Positions 24,828-36,995 of a DNA stretch of 64,000 nucleotides are shown here, piece by piece. Origin of the DNA: Squalus acanthias (lineage: Eukaryota); the NCBI GenBank assembly GCA_030390025.1, contig CM059453.1:6262001-6326000 (forward strand). The letters are read 5' to 3'. The translations under genes were made by a program, and so were the position numbers. The number at the start of each line of letters is the position of its first letter. Position 1 is the first letter of the stretch. Under the pieces are notes generated by a model. The model was not told the origin of the DNA and did no database searches. It saw only the letters and a list, made by a program, of their open reading frames with translations.

Positions 24828-25597
24828 TATTGGCCCAGAAATTAGACTTCGATGTTTGCCGCGGGGGTAAGGATCCGGCGCAATATCACCTACCGCACCT
24901 TTCTTTATGGTTCAGGCCCACACGAACTTCTGGTCCTGGGCCTCTCCCTGGTGCCGGCGCGCAGTGTGTGCGTGTCCCAGAGGCGCAGTTAGTTCGATGC
25001 GACCTCTGGGAACACGTGGGCCTGTTGGAGCCAATGGCAGCACACCATCTTTCATTCATAGTTTTGACAGGAGAACTTTCAAAACTATGAATACAACTTG
25101 CCCCCAAAAGAACAGCTAAACCTCAATTATTTTTGTTTTAAAAACCATCACATTAATAAAATAACTATAGTTAAATAAATTAACCACTTTAAACAAAAAT
25201 TAAAATTTTTCAAATAATTTAAATTCTTTTTAAAAGTTATAAAAATAAACTTACCTTTCTTTAAAATCTCTAAAAAAGATAAACCTGTTGAAAATGTTTT
25301 AAAATAATACTTAATTAACTACTTACCTTGTTAAAAGGTTGTCTTACACCTTTTTTCATGTGTAAAATCTTCCATACTTACCCACGCGTTCAAACCTGAA
25401 AGAAAAGCCAAGTGTGCTGCCTGCGCACAGCCTGTAGTGCGCACGCGGTTCACTTAGGAACCGCCCCCTTCGCAATATCGGAAGTGCCGGCATCCCGCGC
25501 ATGCGCAGTGCATGCAGGAAACCGTCACTTCGAGACCGAATACGGGTATGGACACAGTGCGTACTCTCCCGTATTCGGCCGAACTTCTGGGCCAATA
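24828..25597. mobile_element. MITE / non-autonomous DNA transposon
   Basis: Terminal inverted repeats TATTGGCCCAGAAATT / AACTTCTGGGCCAATA (15/16); GC-rich ends, AT-rich core, no credible ORF. Confidence 0.7.
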
Positions 25598-25961
25598 GTT
25601 TTAATAATTTCTGTCAGAAGCAATTTCCATCTTGTGGCAAATTCACAAGGTACTTTGTTATAGAAAGTGTAGACGGTTATTTATTCCTTTGCAAATTAGC
25701 AATGTGGTATTTAATGTTTATTTTATTCGGCAGTTATGAATTTTAAAGCTGTTTAGTTAAAATGTCACGATTTTTAATAGCTTTACTAAAGAATGTGTTG
25801 TTAGGTGTTTAAAGGTTAATGTAATCGCATTTAACGTCGCGGTCATGCAGTGTTTTAATTGTTATATTTTTGGAGATTCCAAAGTGTGTTTACTGTCTAT
25901 TTCTTCAACAGTTTTCTGTCGTTCACGGTGATCGCTTACAGGTCCCCATATAAGATCGAAA

Positions 25962-26490
25962 ATAAGAAAGAAAGAAGGAAAGAAAGAAAGAGAGAAAGAT
26001 TGAAGAAAGAAAGCAAGAGAGATAGAAATAAGGAAAGAAAGATCGAAACATAGAAACATAGAAGATAGGAGTAGGGCATTCGGCCCGTCGATCCTGCTCC
26101 GCCATTTAATGAGATCATGGCTGATCAAGAAAGAAGGACAAAAATGAGAAGTCGCGCAACACCAGGTTTAGTCCAACAGTTTTATTTGCAATTACGAGCT
26201 TTCGGAACTCAGCTCTTTCATCAGGTACCTGAAGAAGGAGTGGAGCTCCGAAAGCTCGTCATTTCAAATAAAACTGTTGGACTATAACCTGGTGTGGTGC
26301 GACTTCTCATTGTTGTCCACCCCAATCCAACACCGGCATCTCCGCATCAAGAAAGAAGGAGAGAAAGAAAGAATGTAAGATATAAAGAAGGAACGAAAGA
26401 AAGAAAGTAAGAAAGAAAGAACGAAAGTAAGAAGGAACTAAAGAAAGAAAGAAATAAAGAAAGAAGGAAAGAAAGAAAGGAAGAAAGAAT
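25962..26490 (+). repeat. (GAAA)n-type purine microsatellite interrupted by a CR1 tail and a Penelope-type insert
   Basis: aagaaagaaag runs at 25962-26045 and 26350-26490. Confidence 0.85.
26139..26345. mobile_element. Palindromic Penelope-like terminal-repeat fragment with two hammerhead ribozyme cores
   Basis: ~90-bp inverted arms (26136-26318) centred on GGTACC; CTGAAGA..GAAA (plus) and CTGATGA..GAAA (minus); flanked by the 15-bp direct repeat ATCAAGAAAGAAGGA. Confidence 0.72.
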
Positions 26491-26491
26491 G

Positions 26492-26778
26492 AAATTGCAT
26501 GTCTGTAGCGCCTTTCACAACCTCAGGACGTCCTCAAGCAATTCAAGAAAATTAAGTATTTTGAGGTGTAGTCACTGTTGTAATGTAGGAAGCACGGCGG
26601 CGAATTTGCGCTCAGCAAGCTCCCACAAACAGCGCTATGATAATGACCAGATCATCTGTTTTCGGTGATGTTAGGTGAGGGATGACTATTGGGTCGGACA
26701 CTAGGAGAACTTCCCTGCTCTACTTCGAATGCCATGAGATATTGTTCGACCACCTTAGAGGGTAGACAGGGCGTTTAA
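26492..26778 (-). mobile_element. DeuSINE-like SINE
   Basis: Same core as 8380-8765. Confidence 0.7.
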
Positions 26779-27614
26779 TTTATATTCCTCTTTCAGTTGA
26801 CCGTACTTCAGGATGGACTGTGAGGGTGTCATGGATTGTGTCGGCAGTGAGCGGTTCATGCGCAGAGGTCCCGTGTACATTTGACCATCCCCTCAGTTGC
26901 AGTAATCCACGGTTTAAGTTCTTAAAGGGTGTTCTGATTCAGATACCCGAAGGGTCATGTTTTTCTGGAATTCCAGGGATGCAATTTGACTATAAAGGGC
27001 GAATTGAATTCACCGGCGCATTCACAAAGAAACAATGTTCCTTCCGGATAATGGACATCAGGTAGAGCGAAGAAGGTGACAATTGCATCACACTGACGAT
27101 CACCACCGCCACGAATCCTGCAGAAGAAGACTCGCCCATGTCTGAGGTCACTCTTTCGATTTCAAGTAAGTTTATTTTTAACGTGTTTATTTTGTAATTT
27201 ATATTCCATCTCCTCAGTGCCAATGAAACTTAAGATGCAAATATATCATTTTACACTTGACCTACTTCACAGGCTACAGGTTAGGGCTGGAGCATTGAAA
27301 AATTTCCAATTGTCTGTTATGTTTCGCCATGTACATATATATCGCGCTGGCAATTTTTGTAAGTAACAGAAGCTCCCTCCATTTTTCAGTTTGTAAGTGC
27401 AACTGTAGATGTTGTATTGAACCGTGCAGACCGGTGGGTCAAAATTCAATCCTTAATTGAAGTAGAAAAATCGGTTAAAGTCCGTACTTTTGAAGAGACG
27501 GTAGACGGACATGGTCTAAGCATTGGAAGGGTTTCTTGGGTGAAATCGCCCACAGGTCCCCATATCAGAACGAAAGAAAGAAAGAAAGATAGAAAGAAGG
27601 AAAGAAAGAAAGTA

Positions 27615-27960
27615 CTCACATGCTTTTAGCGTCTCAAAGCGCGTCATACACAATAAAGTACTTTTTGAAATGTTGTCACTGCTTTAATGTAGGAAAAACG
27701 GAAGCCAATTTGCGCACAGCAAGATGTCACAAACAGCAATGAAATAATCACCAAATCACCTTTTTTTTAGCGATTTTGGTTGAGCAATAAGTATTGGCAC
27801 AGGACACCAGGACAACTCCCCTGCTCTTCTTTGACAAGGTGTCCGGGGGATTTTTACATTCACCTGAGCGGGCAGATATGGCCTCGGTTATCGGATAGCA
27901 AGCGAACTGATTCGAGTATGCAGCGAGGATATGTACAAGATCTTGACTTAACACTTGTAG
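27615..27960 (-). mobile_element. DeuSINE-like SINE
   Basis: Same core as 8380-8765. Confidence 0.65.
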
Positions 27961-27964
27961 TCTT

Positions 27965-28770
27965 TTAATGTGCATGGCCAGTGCCATAAAGGCGATTGCA
28001 AAGGGAATTTGAGTACTCGGTTATATAGCAAGGGTGGTCCAGCGTAAAATAAAAATATAGCTTTGGATCTTTGTGGAATACATTAGTTAGGCCTCATATG
28101 CAAGTTTGTGTCCAGTTTTGATCCCCTCAAATGGTGGTTGATGTAGAGGCTCTGGAAGGAGGTTCAGAGGAGGGCTATTAGAAAGATCCCAAGTTTAGCA
28201 GTCCATACTCTTAGGAGCTGACTCCTTTAATCCGAGAAAAGTGCAGACTTGTAGAAATTTAATCGAAGTTATTAAAATTACGAAGGAACTAGCCCGTGGT
28301 TGTGTAGACAAACTATTTGAATTAGATAGGTATGAAGAAAAGAACGGTCATGTTATATAAACACACAACTAGGTTAGATATCGGGAGGTTTTCTTTACCC
28401 AGAGAGTCATCAGCACTTGCAGTAACTTGGCAACTCGTGTGAAGTGTGAAAATTGGCTGCAACAGTTCAAACAGGACATGGAAGTGCTCCCTTCTGTGGC
28501 TATTATCAATCCATCCAAAGAGAAATTTGGGATGTTGGGAAATGTACCTCATGGATAATGTTATCTCCTGGCACTAGTTTTGTTCACTGATGGGTTCGGA
28601 AAGGAATTTTCCAGATTTTTTTTGCTAAATCTTTTGAGATCGCTCCCAGGAGATTTCATGGTGGTGCGAGGGGATGCTGCAGTCTAAAGCAATGATGATT
28701 CATGACTTTTTGCGACAGGCGGGATGGACCAGTTGGATTTTTCCTTATCATCTTTTCCTACGGTCGTGTA
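27965..28770 (+). mobile_element. Highly degenerate CR1 LINE 3' fragment
   Basis: ttagttaggcctcat...tgtccagttttga (LVRPH..VQF) and ttctttacccagagagtc motifs. Confidence 0.6.
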
Positions 28771-29747
28771 TTCCAAAGCTGAAAAATATTGTAAAGATAT
28801 CAGAGATTGGATGAAGATGATTATGCTGTTACAGAAAGTGCACTCCCAACCGGGCAGTAGCTCCATGTCTAACGCAATACATTTTGGTACAGAGCCGAGA
28901 CGAGTTTTAAGATATCGAATCATATGGGAAGGCTGTGACATGTCTGTAAGCTTTTCCTTAGACGCGATCATTCGGTTGGACACCCGGAGATGAAGCATCA
29001 GGAGCCCAGAGTGCACGGCGTGCCAATCCTTCCCATTCTCTCCTTCGCGTACGCTTCCACCTTAGGTGATAAATCAGCTTTAGGTTACACGGGGTGGTAG
29101 TGCTCTTCATTGCACTATCGCTCTCAGCTTCAAACAAATAAGTTAATCAACGAAGCTGAACAAAGTAATAGAGTCGGTCATTGATCAATCTTTGCCGAGG
29201 CAATCCAACTTGTCTCGGTTCGCCGGGTTAGGGAACGGAAAGACATCAATAGTTCCTATCCTTGTTCAGTGGCTCCTGCAAGTGTCCATTTGATCATCCA
29301 GAGAGGACAGGATCAGACTCGAGGCTAATTGGCCTTTCGCAAAATAGCAGATTGAGTGAGGGAGTGGAGGAACCTGACTCCAGTCAAGCGTTCAAGGTAG
29401 ACCAGGATAATATTGTGGCAAATTCTGCCAAGATGAGCTGCGAGCGTTTCCAATGATAGTAAAAACGCAGCTTTTTTCCTGGTTTTTTAAGATTTATTGC
29501 GTTTAGAACAAGAAACTGAAATTTTGGGATTCAGTAAATGCGACCTGTGCAAGTTCTGGTATTTTTCAGGTAAATTTCATATCTGCACATTCGCTCATTT
29601 CTTTGCAATGAACATATCAGTGCCCTTGAGAAAGAGTTGAAAAGTGCAGAGTGGCAGAATTAATGTCTTCGTTCTGCGTCGTCGAGTTGGATATCACTTC
29701 TCGAACGTCACTGTCGGGGTCATTCTCATAATGTTCCCTCTGCAACA

Positions 29748-30200
29748 GAAAAAACACGTGTTAAAGACACACAATTAACACGTGGTTCAGATACACAGAG
29801 AACACGTGGTACAGATACACAAAAATCACGTGGTACAGATACACAAAGAACACATAGTACAGATATAAAAAGAACACGTGGTACTAATGCACAAAGAACG
29901 CGTGGTACCGATACACAAAGAACACGTCGTACTGATACACAAAGAACACGTGACACTGATACAAAAATAACACGTGGTACTGATACACAAATAACACGTG
30001 GTACTGATACACAAAGAACACGTGGTACAGATACACACAGAATACGTGGTACTGATACACAAAGAACACGTGGTTCAGATACACACATAACACGTGGTGA
30101 ATGTACAAAAAGAACACGTGGTACAGATAAAAACAGAACATGAGGTACAGATACACAAAGAACACGTGTTCTAGATACACACAGAACAAGTGGTACAGCT
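29748..30200. repeat. 24-bp minisatellite (AACACGTGGTACAGATACACAAAG), ~19 copies
   Basis: Tandem units directly visible; they produce the 8-aa periodic ORFs in the ORF track. Confidence 0.95.
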
Positions 30201-30365
30201 ATAACAAGAATGATTTCAGCTTCGATTTAAACAGAATCATTGCTGGCAAACAATACGGGAGAGGGAGACTCACTTTGGTCTCCCGAGCCTTTTCAATCTG
30301 TGTGTTAGCGACATGTAAATGCAGTTACTAGGGCGTTTTCTGACGCAGGAGTAGTTTCTGGCTAC

Positions 30366-30381
30366 GGCCAGTAGGTGGCGC
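30366..30381 (+). promoter_or_regulatory. Candidate CTCF binding site
   Basis: GGCCAGTAGGTGGCGC matches the core consensus CCASYAGRKGGCRS exactly. Confidence 0.6.
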
Positions 30382-30849
30382 GGTGGATCTATTGATTTTA
30401 GTCCCGGGACACACTGTCAGAACACGGGATAAAATAGAGTGTTTTTATTTACCAGTAAACTGAATGTTCTTGTCCCATCTAAATGTAACCTTCCGTTTCA
30501 GAACACTTTGGAGTAGGATTTGTCTTTTATGGAAGAGCAAAATGGAACAGCCGCCTGTCATTGGTCCCTCTTAATATTTCAGTCGCTGCGATGCGATACC
30601 AACAGTTTTACGCTATTGCCCGCGATGAATTTCTAATCTGGCTAGCGCACGGTGATAGGGCTTTCAATTGTTCTCTGGGATCCAGTGGACATTGTTAACG
30701 TAAACTCACTGGTTGCCAGTGGGCTCCCTGCTCACAGTGTGCCATTCCTGGGCTTACGCAGCCAAGATACGGGCCCGGTGAACAGGTGGGAAGGGGTCAC
30801 TCGGCAGTGATCACGAATTGGAACAGTGGCTATTTCATTCCATTCCACT

Positions 30850-32460
30850 GGGCACTTCGATTAGATTCCAGCCTGTGTCTGTCTCCCGGGCATCTGTTAC
30901 TCTATACATAAACAACCTGCATCTCTTGATTAGATTCCATCCTGTAACTCAGTCCCAGTTATCTGTTATTCTATATATAAACGCCCGAACACCTCGAAAT
31001 ACATTCCAACCTGTAACTCACACCCTGCTATCTGTTATTCTATATATAAACCCCCCGAACCCTTCGATTAGATTCCAGCCTGTGCCTCACTCCGGGGAGT
31101 CTGTTATTCTACATATAAAACCCGCGTAAACCCTCGATTAGATTCCAGCCTGTAACTCACTCCCGAGTATCTCTAATTCTATATATAAACCACCCTAACC
31201 CCTCGATTAGATTCCAGTCTGTAACCTACTCCTGGGTTTCTGTTATTCTATATATTTAACAACACGAACCCCTCAATTGGATTCCAGCCTGTAACTCACT
31301 CCCGGGTAACTGTTATTCCATAAAAAAACAACCCACCCACTCCCCGCGAACCGCTGGATTTGATTCCAGCTTGTAACTCACAACCGGGTATCTGTTATTC
31401 TATATATAAACCTCCGATCCCCTCGATTAAACTCCAGCCTGTAACTCAATCGCGGGTTTCCGTTCTTCTATATATTAACATCACGAAGCTCTCGATTAGA
31501 TTCCAGTCTGCAACTCACTCCGGGTATCTGGTAAGCTATATATAAACCCTCGAACCACTCGATTAGATTCCAGTCTGCAACTAACTCCCGGGTATCTGTA
31601 AAACTATATATAATCCCCCCGAACCACAAGATTAGATTCCAGCCTGTAATTCACTCCCAGTTATCTGTTATTCTATATATACTCACCCCGAACAACTCGA
31701 TTAGAATCGATTCTGCAACTCACTCCCGGATATCAGTTATTCTACATATAAACCCCACGAACTCCTCGATTAGACTCCAGCCTGTTACTCTCCCCCGGGT
31801 ATCTGTTATTCTATATGTAAACCAACCGAACCCCTCGATTAGACTCCAGCCTGTAACTCACTCCCAGGTATATTTTATTCTACATAAAACCCCCGAACCC
31901 CTCGATTAGAATCCAGCCTTTAATTCACTCCTGGGTATCTGTTAATCTATATATAAACCACCCGAACCCCTCAATTAGAGTCCAGCTGTAACTCACTCCC
32001 AGGTATCTTTTATTCTACATATAAACCCTCGAACCGTTCGATTAGATTCCAGCCTGTAATTCACTCCTGGGTACCTGTTATTCTATATATAAACCACCCC
32101 GAACCCCTCGATTAGATTCCAGCCTGTAACTCACTCCCGGGTATCTGTTATTCTATATATAAACCCCCTAACACCTCGATTCGATTCCAGCCTGTGACTC
32201 ATTATCGGGTATCTGTTATTCTATATATAAGCCCCCGAACACCTCGATTCGATTCCAGCCTGTAACTTATTCTCGGGTATCTGTTATTCTAAATATAAAC
32301 CCCGAAACCCTCGATTAGATTCCAGCCTGTAACTCACTTCCGGGTATCCGTGATTCTACATAAAAATCACCCAAAACAATAGATCAGAATCCAATCGCGA
32401 AGTCATTGTTGGGTATCTGTTAATTTAGACATGAGACATTCGAACCTCTTCGTTATATTT
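30850..32460. repeat. ~68-bp tandem satellite, ~23 copies
   Basis: Unit CCCCTCGATTAGATTCCAGCCTGTAACTCACTCCCGGGTATCTGTTATTCTATATATAAACCACCCGAA; degenerate at both ends. Confidence 0.95.
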
Positions 32461-33504
32461 CAGTCCATGACCTACACTTCGCTGTCCTTTTGCCTTTCTA
32501 TAAACAATGCATTTGTTAGATTGGATCCATTAGCGAATGGTTTTGGCTGGTATATGGACTAAAGTTCAACTCTATTCGATTACACTGGGAATACAAGTTG
32601 GAGATAATCTTCAGGAATCATTACTGGTGCCAATGCACACAACACCCAGTGCATCTCAGACCGAGTTCCTCTTTTAGTTCCCCGTTTTATAAGTGCATAA
32701 TATGAAATGGAAAATTACCAGCACTGAAATGATATTGTATTGTATGATAATAATGTACAAATACAGGACTGATTCTGAAATGGCACTGTGGTGATAGTTG
32801 TGCAGTAATAATATACAAGGTTCCATTAACACTGTTAGGATAATAATAACCTGCGAGTGCTAAACTAGCCTTGAAATGATATTTTGTGTCATTCGAATAC
32901 ACATACACAACTTGAAATGACACTCTGATAATCAGTACGAAAGACAAACTAGTTTTCAAATGTCACTGTGTTCAAATAAAGAGTAGGAATTCTAAACAGC
33001 ACGTTTAAAAGGCTTCGTTGTAGATTTTCAACTTGAGCTCGGGGTGAAATTTGGTGTTTCCGGTTGCCCAGGCGATTTAAAATCACATATTTGGACGTCC
33101 ATTAATATTAAACAAATTCCAGCAGAATACAGAGAATCGGAAGGGGGCGAAATGGAAGTGAAAGATAGTTAATCGGGGAATAGCAAAAAGAGCAGAGAAC
33201 GAGTGAACGAGAGAGGGAGAGCAAAGCGGAAGAGGAGATAGAGCGAGCAAATTGCCAACCAGAAGTCCGCAGAGAGAGGTAAGAGAGACCACACTCTCTG
33301 ACCTGCCATGAGAGGTGTGACTGGGGAGATCGAGCATTAAAATATTTGAAGCATGTACCTGATGCAATTCCATCGTAAGTTCCTGTGCCCTCATTTCTAA
33401 AGGGACCTGTCTGTCTGAACTGATCAAACTGTAATTACACCCTCCCGGAAGTTCAAGCAATGCAGCTCCACCAATCTCAGCAGGGAGAAATTACGGTGAA
33501 TCAC

Positions 33505-36500
33505 CTTTGCATATGGTACATAGGCACCAACGATATAGGTAAAAAAGGGGATGAGGTCCTAAAAGCAGAATATAGGGAGTTAGGAGGTAAATTAAAAAAT
33601 AGGACCTCAAAGGTAGAAATCTCAGGATTGCTACCAGTGCCACGTGCTAGTCAGAGTAGAAATAGGAGGATATTTCAAATGAATACGTGGCTAGAGGAAA
33701 GGTGCAAGGGGGAGGGATTCAATTTCCTGGGACATTGGAACCGGTTCTGGCGGAGGTGGGACCAGTACAAACCGGACGGTCTGCACCTGGGCAGGGCCGG
33801 GACCGCTGTCCTAGGGGGAGTGTTTGCTTGCGCTGTTGGGGAGGATTTAAACTAATGTGGCAGGGGTTTGGGAACCTGAGCAGGGAGACAGAGGAAAGCA
33901 TGTCAGGAAGGGACAGAAGGTATGGAGTAAAAGGTAAAGTGTTAAATAAGGAAAAAGCAGGAAGTAAGTGTCGCAAAACACATTTGAAAGTTCTTTATCT
34001 GAATGCACGTAGCATTCGTAACAAAATTGATGAGTTAACGGCACAAATAACTATATATGGGTATGATCTTGTGGCCATTACAGAAACATGGCTGCAGGGT
34101 AACAACGTCTGGGAATTAAATATGCCAAGGTATTTAACAATCAGGAAGTACAGGCAGGAAGGAAGGGGAGGGGGGGGGGTGGCTATGTTATTAAAGGAAG
34201 GAATCACTGTAATACAGAGAAATGATATTGGGTCAAAAGATCAGGATAATGCAACAGTTTGGGTAGAGATTAGGAATAATAAGGGGAAAAAAACACTGGT
34301 GGGCGTAGTATATAGGCCTCCTAATAGTTGCAACTCTGTTGGAAGAAGTATTAATCAGGAAATAGTTGGGGGATGTAATAAGGGAACAGCTATAATTATG
34401 GGGGATTTTAACTATCATATTAACTGGACAAATCAAATTGGGCAGGGCAGCCTTGAGGAAGAGTTTATTGAGTGTCTTAGGGATGGATTTCTTGAGCAGT
34501 ATGTAACTGATCCTACAAGGGGGCAAGCAACCTTGTAACTGGTACTGTGTAATGAGTCTGGATTAATTAATAATGTCCTAGTTAAGAATCCCCTTGGAAT
34601 GAGTTAACATAACATGGTTGAATTCCATATCCAATTAGAGGGTAAGAAGGTTGGTTCTCAAACAAGCATACTGAGCTTGAATAAAGGAGACTATGATGGT
34701 ATGAGAGCAGAATTGATTAAAGTGGACAGGAAAAAATAGATTAAAGGGTAAGACGGTACAGGAGCAGTGGTGTTCATTCAAGGAGTTATTTTACAACCTT
34801 CAAAATAAATATATTCCACTGAGGATAAAAGGGTGTAAAAGAAATGAAAGCCATCCATGGCTAAGTAAAGAAATTAAAGAAAATATCCAACTAAAAACAA
34901 GGACATATAAGGTAGCCAAAGTTAGTGGGAGGATAGAAGATTGGGAAGTCTTCAAATGACAACAAAAAGTAACTAAAGGATTGATTAAGAAAGGGAAAAT
35001 AGACTATGAAAATAAATTAGCAAAAAATATAAAAACAGATAGCAAGAGTTTCTATATTTATATAAAAAGAAAAAGGGTGGTTAAGGCAAACGTAGGTCCC
35101 TTAGAGGATGAGACCGGGAAATTAATGGTGGGAAACATGGAGATGGCAAAAATGCTGAACAAATATTTTGTTTCAGTCTTTATGGTAGAGGACACTAAGA
35201 ATATCCCAACACTGGACAAACAGGGGGCTCTAGTGGGGGAGGAGCTAAATGCGATTAAAATTACTAAGGAATTGATACTCAGTAAAATAATGGGACTCAA
35301 GGCGGATAAATCCCCTGGACCTGATGGCTTGCATCCTCGGGTCTTGAGGGAAGTGGCAGTAGCAATTGTGGATGCTTTGGTAATAATTTTCCAAAACTCC
35401 CTGAACTCAGCAAAGGTCCCGGCAGATTGGTTAACTGCTAATGTAACACCCTTATTTAAAAAGAGTTGTAGGCAGAAGGCTGGAAATTATAGACCAGTTA
35501 GCCTAACATCTGCGGTGGAAAATTTTTTGGAGTCTATTATTAAGGAGATAGTAACGGAACATTTAGATAAACATAATTTAATAGGACAAAGTCAGCATGG
35601 CTTTATGAAGGGGAAGTCATGTCTGACAAATTTGCTCGAGTTCTTTGAGGACATAACGTACAGGGTTGATAAAGGGGAAACAGTGGATGTAGTGTATTTA
35701 GACTTCAAGAAGGCATTCGACAAGGTGCCACATAAAAGATTATAACTCTAGATAAAAAATCACTGGATTGGGGGTAATATTCTGGCATGGGTGGAGGATT
35801 GGTTATCTAAGAGGAAGCAGAGAGTTGGGATAAATGGTTCATTCTCGGAAGGGCAACAGTAGCCAGTTGTGTTCCGCAGGGGTCGGTGCTGGGTCCCCAA
35901 CTCTTTACAATCTATATTAACGATTTGGAGGAGGGGACCGAGTGTAACATATCAAAGTTTGCAGAGGATACAAAGATGGGAGGGAAAGTAGAGAGTGAGG
36001 AGGACATAAAAAACCTACAAGGGGATATAGACAGGCTGGGTGAGTGGGCAGAGATTTGGCAGATGCAATACAATATTGGAAAATGTGAGGTTATGCACTT
36101 TGGTAGGAAAAATCAGAGAGCAAGTTATTATCTTAATGTCGAGAAACTGGAAAGTACTGCAGTACAAAGGGATCAGGGGGTCTCTGTGCAAGAAAATCAA
36201 AAAGTTAGTATGCAGGTGCAGCACGAGATCAAGAAAGCCAATGGAATGTTGGCTTTTATTGCTAGGGGGATAGAATATAAAAACAGGGAGGAATTGCGGC
36301 AGTTGTATAGGGTATTGGTGAGACCGCACCTGGAGTACTTCATACAGTTTTGGTGTCCATACTTAAGAAAAGACATACTTTCTCTCGAGGCAGTACAAAG
36401 AAGGTTCACTCGATTAATTCCGGGGATGAGGGGGTGGACATACGAGGAGAGGTTGAGTAGATTGGGACTCTACTCATTGGAGTTCAGAAGAATGAGAGGC

Positions 36501-36995
36501 GATCTTATTGAAACATATAAGATTGTGAAGGGGCTTGATCGGGTGGACGCGGTGAGGATGTTCCCAATGATGGGTGAAACTAGAACTAGGGGACATAATC
36601 TTAGAATAAGGGGCTCCTCTTTCAAAACTGAGATGAGGAGAAACTTTTTCACTCAGAGGCAAGTGGGTCCGTGGAATTTGCTACCCCAGGCAGCTGTGGA
36701 AGCTACTTCATTAAATAAATTTAAAACAGAAATAGACCGTTTCCTAGAAGTAAAGGGAATCAGGTGTTAAGGGGAGCGGGCTGGAAATTGGACATGAGTT
36801 TGAGTTCGGATCTGTCAAGGCCCTGTGGGTGGCGGAGCGGGCCCAGGAGCCGAGTGGCCTGGTCCTGCTCCTGCTTCTTGTGTTCTTTAGAGTTGAGGTT
36901 GGATCAGATCAGCCATGATCTCATTGAATGGCGGAGCAGGCTCGAGGGGCCGATTGGTCTGCTCCTGCTCCTATTTCTTACGTTCTTATGTACTT
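33505..36995 (+). mobile_element. Near full-length CR1 (HER1-like) LINE: ORF1 SGNH-esterase portion plus ORF2 endonuclease/RT, inactivated
   Basis: IGTNDIG...DGLHL (esterase); LNARSI, ITETWL, YRPP, GDFN (endonuclease); QHGF, YLDFKKAFDKVPH, FAEDTK (RT); several stops and frameshifts; ttcttatg tail. Confidence 0.95.

Larger units (their letters stand above)
24779..27165 (+). pseudogene. Siglec-like pseudogene D (dead leader exon 24779-24821; V-set exon 26797-27165)
   Basis: Leader homologous to 51397-51355 but ATG>AGG and donor GT>TT. The V exon is bounded by ttcag| and |gtaag, encodes GSCAEVPCTFDHP...KGRIEFTG...KKQCSFRIMDIR, and has an in-frame TAG at 27063-27065. No C2 exons found downstream. 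Confidence 0.85.

Noticed and set aside
28780-29460. Possible coding remnant in unique sequence
   Set aside because: No recognisable motif or convincing splice structure in the frames I examined.
29726-30189. Cys/Val-rich repetitive ORFs (e.g. VLCVSVPR repeats)
   Set aside because: Translation artefacts of the 24-bp minisatellite.
30850-32460. CRISPR-like array
   Set aside because: Units are contiguous with no unique spacers, there are no cas genes, and the context is vertebrate; it is a satellite.
33505-36995. Active autonomous LINE or domesticated RT gene
   Set aside because: ORF2 is broken by several stops and frameshifts, and the catalytic motif reads FAED rather than FADD.
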